Positions 59,007 to 64,000 of a stretch of 64,000 nt of DNA are shown piece by piece (the first letter of the stretch is position 1; each line of letters starts with the position of its first letter). The notes under the pieces were generated by a model. It saw only the letters and a program-made list of their open reading frames with translations. It was not told where the DNA came from and searched no databases. The stretch covers positions 1,280,001 through 1,344,000 of the forward strand of contig CAXXOA010000001.1 of NCBI GenBank assembly GCA_963666275.2, in the 5' to 3' direction. The DNA is from Oceanispirochaeta sp. (GTDB lineage: Bacteria; Spirochaetota; Spirochaetia; DSM-2461). The position numbers and the translations under genes were made by a program.

Positions 59007-61756
59007 TTGATATTCAGCAGCTTCTGGACGTGCTCTGGGTCATCATGGCATCGAGCCTTGTCTTTTTTATGCAGGCCGGATTTTCCATGGTGGAATCGGG
59101 GCTGACCCGTTCCAAAAACAGCATCAATGTGGCCGTCAAAAACCTGACCGACCTGGGGGTCTCCATCCTGATCTTCTGGGCCGTGGGGTTTGCCCTGATG
59201 TTCGGAAACAGTTACCGGGGTGTCTCGGGGATGAGCAACTGGTTTTTCCGCTTTTCCGACAATACCCTTATGATCTCGGCCGCCTTCTTTCTGTTCCAGG
59301 CTATGTTCTGCAGCACTTCGGCGACCATTGTTTCCGGTGCTGTGGCCGAAAGGATGCGCTACGCCTCCTATATCATAAGCACCATCCTGCTGTCGGGGAT
59401 TATCTATCCCGTCTTCGGCCACTGGGTCTGGGGCGGCGCAGGGGGCAGTGAAATCGGCCTCGGCTCAGGCTGGCTGGGGGCTATGGGATTTGTCGACTTT
59501 GCCGGCTCTTCGGTGGTTCACAGCGTGGGCGGCTGGGTAGGCCTGGCGATCCTTCTGATCATAGGGCCCCGGACCGGACGCTTTGCCGAAGACGGCACAT
59601 CCCGCCCTGTTCCCGGGAGCAGTATCCCCATGGCCGTAGGCGGGGTGATTATCCTGTGGTTCGGCTGGATCGGCTTTAACGGGGGCAGTACCCTGGTTAT
59701 GGACGGCAGCGTGCCCGGAATCATTATGAGAACCTGTCTGGCCGCTTCGGCGGGTATGGTAGGAGCCCTGGCGGCAGGGTGGATCATCAAGAAAACTCCC
59801 GACGTGGGATTTGTCCTGAACGGCGCCCTGGCCGGGCTTGTGGCTATTACCGCTCCGGTTCATGCGGTGAACGAGGTGGAATCGGTGATTATCGGCGCCG
59901 TGGGCGGGCTGGTTATGCTGATCTGTACGGACCTCCTGGAAAAGCTGAAAATCGACGACGCCGTGGGAGCCATACCGGTTCATCTGGCGGCGGGTATCTG
60001 GGGAACCCTGGCAGTGGGAATCTTCGGGGATCCTGAAATCCTGGGGACCACACCGTTGTTCGGTTCCCAGTTTCTGGTTCAGCTGATCGGAGTTGGGGCC
60101 TGCGGTCTCTGGAGTTTCCTCACAGCCTGGATCATCCTGAACATCATCAATAAAATATCGCCCCTCCGGGTTTCTGTAGAAGACGAACACAAAGGTCTCA
60201 ACGTGGCCGAGCACGGGGCATCCACCGAAACCTATCAGCTCTTCCAGGTCATGGAGGAGCAGGCCAGGTCGGGGGATCTTTCCCTGCGAGTGCCTGTGGA
60301 ACCCTTTACAGAAATCGGTCAGATTGCCGCGCGGTACAATGCGGCTCTGGCGGGGTTTGAAGAGAACTCGGTGGCCCGGAGCGACTACCAGACCATTCTG
60401 GACAACGTGAGCGACGGCCTTTTTCTCATTAACAGCGACGGGGCCATCTCACCCAATTACTCGGCGGCCACGGAAGGAATTTTCTGCCGGGAGGATCTGG
60501 CGGGAGTGACGCTGGAAGATCTTGTAAAACCCATGCTCACCGAAAAGGATTTCAAGGCTTTCAGTGACTATCTGCCCCTCCTTTTTGATCCCAAAATGAA
60601 AACAAGAACCCTGGACCGGCTCAATCCCCTGTCGGAAACGGCCTTTTATCTGGACACGGGAAAGGGGGAGTTCAATACCCGGTATCTGAAGTTCCGGTTC
60701 AGCCGGATTGCTCCGGAGGGGATCATTACCCATCTTATGATTCTGGTGACCGACTGTACCGCCGAAAAGGAGATCGCCCAGTCTCTGGAGGCGGAAAGGC
60801 GGAAAAACCAGGGGGAAATGGAGATGTTCTACAGCATCCTTCACCTCCAGCCCGATCTTTTCCGGGAGTTTCTCTCAAGCGCCGAAGAGGACCTGGACAG
60901 AGTCAATGAGGCTCTGGAACATCAGGGAGTAGGACTGGGGCAGCGTCTGGAGGAGATCTTCCGGCATATCCATTCGGTCAAGGGAAACGCCGCTCTCCTG
61001 GAGCTGGATTTCATAGCCCAGAGTGCCCATGAGTTTGAAGACGCCATACAGGAACTTCTGGAGAAAAAAGACCTTCAGAATGACGATTTTCTTGGTCTGA
61101 CCGTTATGCTCAGCGAAATGTACGGCGTGCTGGAGCAGATCCGCCGGCTGATGGAACGGCTCAGCAATTTCAGGGAAAATATGGTGAAACATGATCAGAT
61201 GGGCGGGGAACTGATTGCTCTCTCCCTGCAGAAGCTTGCGGGAAAAACAGCCGAAGAGCTGGGTAAGAAAGTGGAGTTCCGGTTTCAGGATTTCCGGAGC
61301 CGGGACATTCCACCGGCCTACAGAAAACCCCTGAAGGATCTGATGATCCAGCTGGTGCGCAATGCGGTTTCCCACGGTATCGAAGAGGAGAAGATCCGGA
61401 TCATGAACGGAAAAACCCCGGTGGGCCGTCTGGAGATAAAAAGCCGGCTGGACGAGGGCGTTCTGACCCTCACAGTCCGGGACGACGGACGGGGACTGGA
61501 TTTTCTGAAACTGAGAGACCGTTCTGTGCAGCTGAATCCGGACAATCCCAGGGAGGATAAAAAGAGTCTGTTCCTTTCTATGTTCCAGTCGGGAATCTCC
61601 ACCGCAGACGAGGTGGGCCGGCACAGCGGCCGGGGCGTGGGAATGGCTCTTGTAAAAACCATTGCGGAAGAACTGAAGGCCCGGCTTGTGGTGAAAACCA
61701 GGGAAAACCAGTTTTGCGAATTCAATCTTTCCATCCCTCTGGAGGGCAGCTTATGA
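59003..61756 (+). CDS. Ammonium transporter (Amt) fused to HAMP-like, PAS, HPt and CheA-type HATPase domains (917 aa)
   Basis: FMQAGF..ESG, DFAGSSVVH, WFGWIGFN, DDAVGAIPVH; ILDNVSDGLF; FRHIHSVKGNA; QLVRNAVSHG, DDGRG, SGRGVGM; start after GAGGAGG overlapping the cheX stop. Confidence 0.88.
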   Translation: MIDIQQLLDVLWVIMASSLVFFMQAGFSMVESGLTRSKNSINVAVKNLTDLGVSILIFWAVGFALMFGNSYRGVSGMSNWFFRFSDNTLMISAAFFLFQAMFCSTSATIVSGAVAERMRYASYIISTILLSGIIYPVFGHWVWGGAGGSEIGLGSGWLGAMGFVDFAGSSVVHSVGGWVGLAILLIIGPRTGRFAEDGTSRPVPGSSIPMAVGGVIILWFGWIGFNGGSTLVMDGSVPGIIMRTCLAASAGMVGALAAGWIIKKTPDVGFVLNGALAGLVAITAPVHAVNEVESVIIGAVGGLVMLICTDLLEKLKIDDAVGAIPVHLAAGIWGTLAVGIFGDPEILGTTPLFGSQFLVQLIGVGACGLWSFLTAWIILNIINKISPLRVSVEDEHKGLNVAEHGASTETYQLFQVMEEQARSGDLSLRVPVEPFTEIGQIAARYNAALAGFEENSVARSDYQTILDNVSDGLFLINSDGAISPNYSAATEGIFCREDLAGVTLEDLVKPMLTEKDFKAFSDYLPLLFDPKMKTRTLDRLNPLSETAFYLDTGKGEFNTRYLKFRFSRIAPEGIITHLMILVTDCTAEKEIAQSLEAERRKNQGEMEMFYSILHLQPDLFREFLSSAEEDLDRVNEALEHQGVGLGQRLEEIFRHIHSVKGNAALLELDFIAQSAHEFEDAIQELLEKKDLQNDDFLGLTVMLSEMYGVLEQIRRLMERLSNFRENMVKHDQMGGELIALSLQKLAGKTAEELGKKVEFRFQDFRSRDIPPAYRKPLKDLMIQLVRNAVSHGIEEEKIRIMNGKTPVGRLEIKSRLDEGVLTLTVRDDGRGLDFLKLRDRSVQLNPDNPREDKKSLFLSMFQSGISTADEVGRHSGRGVGMALVKTIAEELKARLVVKTRENQFCEFNLSIPLEGSL

Positions 61757-63030
61757 CACCCGATGCGGGACTCCTTGAAAATGTCTCCCATGTGTACGAG
61801 AAGATTCCCGGACAGGATCAGGATGTGGATATCTTTGTACTGGAACCACCCCGGGAGCTGGATAAGGAGGATCCGGAAGGACGGGTTCTCCGGAAGGCCG
61901 GCCCGGGACGGCGCAAATCCAAAACGGTGAGCATGCTCAGTCACAGCCTCTATTATGTGACCGAAGACTGCCCCCTGGACCGGCTTGTGGAGGAACTTTC
62001 CGCCAAGAAGGACCTTTTTTCCATCGGTGTGGTGGACTCCCGGGGAGAAGCCAAGGGCCTTATCATCCGGCGGGAGCTCTTTGATCTTGTAGGCCGGTCG
62101 GGGAACACCGATCCCATGAAAGGGAAGAGGGCCGCCCAGGTTATGAAACTTGTCAAAACCTTTGCTCCCGATACCAGCGTTTTTTCTGTCGGCTCGGTGG
62201 TGGAAGAGGAAATGAAGGAAAGCCTGATCGTCTACTTTATGATCAAGGACGAGTACGGCCGCTTTGCCGGGTCTTTCTCCACCAAGGACCTGATGCTCTT
62301 CTATGCCCGGAACATGAACAGGGAAATGCAGCTGGTACAGGAAATTCAGAGCCGGATCGTCGAGCCCCAGGCCCGGCTGGATCTGTCAGACGGCGGGGCG
62401 GTCTGCGGAGTGAACCGCCATGCCCGGGAGGCCGGAGGAGACTATTTCCTGATCCGCCGGGTCCCGGACGGAAGGATTTTTTATGCCCTGGCGGATGTGT
62501 CGGGCAAGGGATACGCCGCCTCCCTTCTGACGGCAATCATAGGCTCCTTTCTGGAGAATACGACTTTTTCAAAAGGCCTTGCCGGATCCATTGGGAATCT
62601 CAACCGCTTTCTGCAGGAGAAATTCGCCGAAAAGGGGCTTTTTGTCACAGGCGTCTTCGTCCTGTTTGACGAAAAAAGCCCTGTTCTGGAAGTGTGCAAC
62701 TGCGCCCATCCCTTTTTCTATGTCCTGAGACGCAGAAAAATGAGAAAACTGAAGAGCCGTTCCAATCCTCCTCTGGGACTGGAGGGAGTGGATACACTGG
62801 AATGCTTCAATATCCGGCCCGAACCGGGGGACTGTCTGTTCCTCTGCAGCGACGGTATACCCGAACAGATGAATGAACTGGGCGAAACCTTTCCCCTTGC
62901 CTCTCTAGGGGGCATGACCGATCAGATCGACAAAGGGAAATTCCGCGAAAAGGTTCTGTCTGAAATCGACAGCTTCCGGGGATTTGCTCCCCAGCACGAT
63001 GATATTACCCTGCTGGTTCACCGCGTCTAA
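61753..63030 (+). CDS. CBS-like domain plus SpoIIE/PP2C phosphatase
   Basis: GGDYF, ADVSGKG, CSDGI, DDITL; start overlaps the kinase stop. Confidence 0.82.
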   Translation: MTPDAGLLENVSHVYEKIPGQDQDVDIFVLEPPRELDKEDPEGRVLRKAGPGRRKSKTVSMLSHSLYYVTEDCPLDRLVEELSAKKDLFSIGVVDSRGEAKGLIIRRELFDLVGRSGNTDPMKGKRAAQVMKLVKTFAPDTSVFSVGSVVEEEMKESLIVYFMIKDEYGRFAGSFSTKDLMLFYARNMNREMQLVQEIQSRIVEPQARLDLSDGGAVCGVNRHAREAGGDYFLIRRVPDGRIFYALADVSGKGYAASLLTAIIGSFLENTTFSKGLAGSIGNLNRFLQEKFAEKGLFVTGVFVLFDEKSPVLEVCNCAHPFFYVLRRRKMRKLKSRSNPPLGLEGVDTLECFNIRPEPGDCLFLCSDGIPEQMNELGETFPLASLGGMTDQIDKGKFREKVLSEIDSFRGFAPQHDDITLLVHRV

Positions 63031-63069
63031 AGAACACACATCCCTTCATGAAACTGAAGGGAACCCCTT

Positions 63070-63975
63070 TCAGCGGGACGCCTTGTCCAGCAAATCCAGA
63101 TCCTCTCTGTCCAGTTCCAGTTCGGGAGCTCTGAAAATGGTTTCCAGCTGTGTAATGCTTGTTGCACTGACGATCGGGGCTGTGATATCCGGCTTAGCCA
63201 GCAGCCAGGCAAGAGATACCATGGCGGGAGAGGCATTGTGCTTTTCCGACACCCGGTCCAGCGCGCTTAGTACATTCAAGCCCTGTTTGTTAAGATAGGG
63301 ACGGACCATTTCCGCCCGGGCTGAGCCTTCAAGGTCCTGGGTGCTTCTGTATTTCCCCGTAAGAAATCCGGCAGCCAGGGAAAAATAGGGAAACACCGAA
63401 AGATCGTATTCCTGCACCAGCGGCCTGTAGTTCTCCTCATAGGAAGGTTCTACAAGACTGTATTTAGGCTGGAGAACCGCATAGGCCGGGAGGGATTCTC
63501 CTGCTGATACCTCCATAGACTCTTTCAGCCGCTGGGGCGTCAGGTTCGATGCCCCTATATACCGGACCTTACCGGCTTTGATGATTTCATCGTAGGCCGA
63601 AAGGGTTTCTTCCACAGGGGTTTTCCCGTCATCAAAATGGGTATAGTAGATATCGATATAATCGGTCTGAAGGCGCCGGAGGGACTCATCTACACTTTTC
63701 AGAATGTGTTTCCTGCTGCTGTCTATGGGATGATTCTGATTCTGGGAACCCACCTTTGTGGCAATAACAATGCGGTCTCTGTTTTTCCGTTCACTCATCC
63801 AGGAACCGATGATTTTTTCTGACGTTTCTCCCACACCATTATGCCACCAGGGGTAGGTATCGGCAGTGTCTATAAAATTGAATCCTCCATCCTGAAAGGC
63901 ATCGAGAATTTCAAAGGACTGTTTCTGATCCAGAGTCCAGCCGAAAACATTGCCTCCGAAGTTGATAGGGCCCAC
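63070..63975 (-). CDS. Aldo/keto reductase (start probably beyond the window end)
   Basis: GGNVFGW, IDTADTY, SLRRLQTDYID, GKVRYIGASN. Confidence 0.92.
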   Translation of the reverse strand: MGPINFGGNVFGWTLDQKQSFEILDAFQDGGFNFIDTADTYPWWHNGVGETSEKIIGSWMSERKNRDRIVIATKVGSQNQNHPIDSSRKHILKSVDESLRRLQTDYIDIYYTHFDDGKTPVEETLSAYDEIIKAGKVRYIGASNLTPQRLKESMEVSAGESLPAYAVLQPKYSLVEPSYEENYRPLVQEYDLSVFPYFSLAAGFLTGKYRSTQDLEGSARAEMVRPYLNKQGLNVLSALDRVSEKHNASPAMVSLAWLLAKPDITAPIVSATSITQLETIFRAPELELDREDLDLLDKASR

Positions 63976-64000
63976 AGAAAGGTCTGTATTTTTTATTTGA

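Overview
Bacterial chromosomal window, probably from a free-living anaerobic spirochaete (inferred from cheX, the spirochaete-style 'FAAGQ' binding-protein N-terminus and gene content; not proven). From left to right: (1) a sensory [FeFe]-hydrogenase operon (hfsA-hfsB/hydS-hfsC-ferredoxin) transcribed divergently from adhE; (2) an MNT-HEPN toxin-antitoxin pair; (3) a ~17.6 kb AT-rich integron-type gene-cassette array (8083-25706) with at least six recognisable attC sites and an attI-like head, but no integrase gene in the window. Its cassettes carry several unknown nuclease-domain genes (candidate defence systems), two K+-channel genes, an AAA-DUF4143 ATPase and two TA pairs. Two different IS families have inserted into attC sites: an IS110/IS1111-type element just after the R'' box, and an IS1182 element plus a second IS1182 right end, both at a GTT core; (4) a MalT-like LuxR regulator with a redox/glycosyltransferase cluster and a 36-bp motif repeated three times; (5) a complete Wadjet jetABCD system between two diverged copies of an outer-membrane barrel gene, the second copy 5'-truncated and hit by an IS66; (6) a two-component system plus a degenerate ABC ATPase/permease and a normal sugar ABC transporter; (7) a sigma54-promoter-led operon cheY-cheX-[Amt-PAS-HPt-CheA-like kinase fusion]-[CBS-SpoIIE phosphatase], a candidate ammonium-sensing phosphorelay. 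All protein assignments come from motif recognition by eye; no database searches were run.
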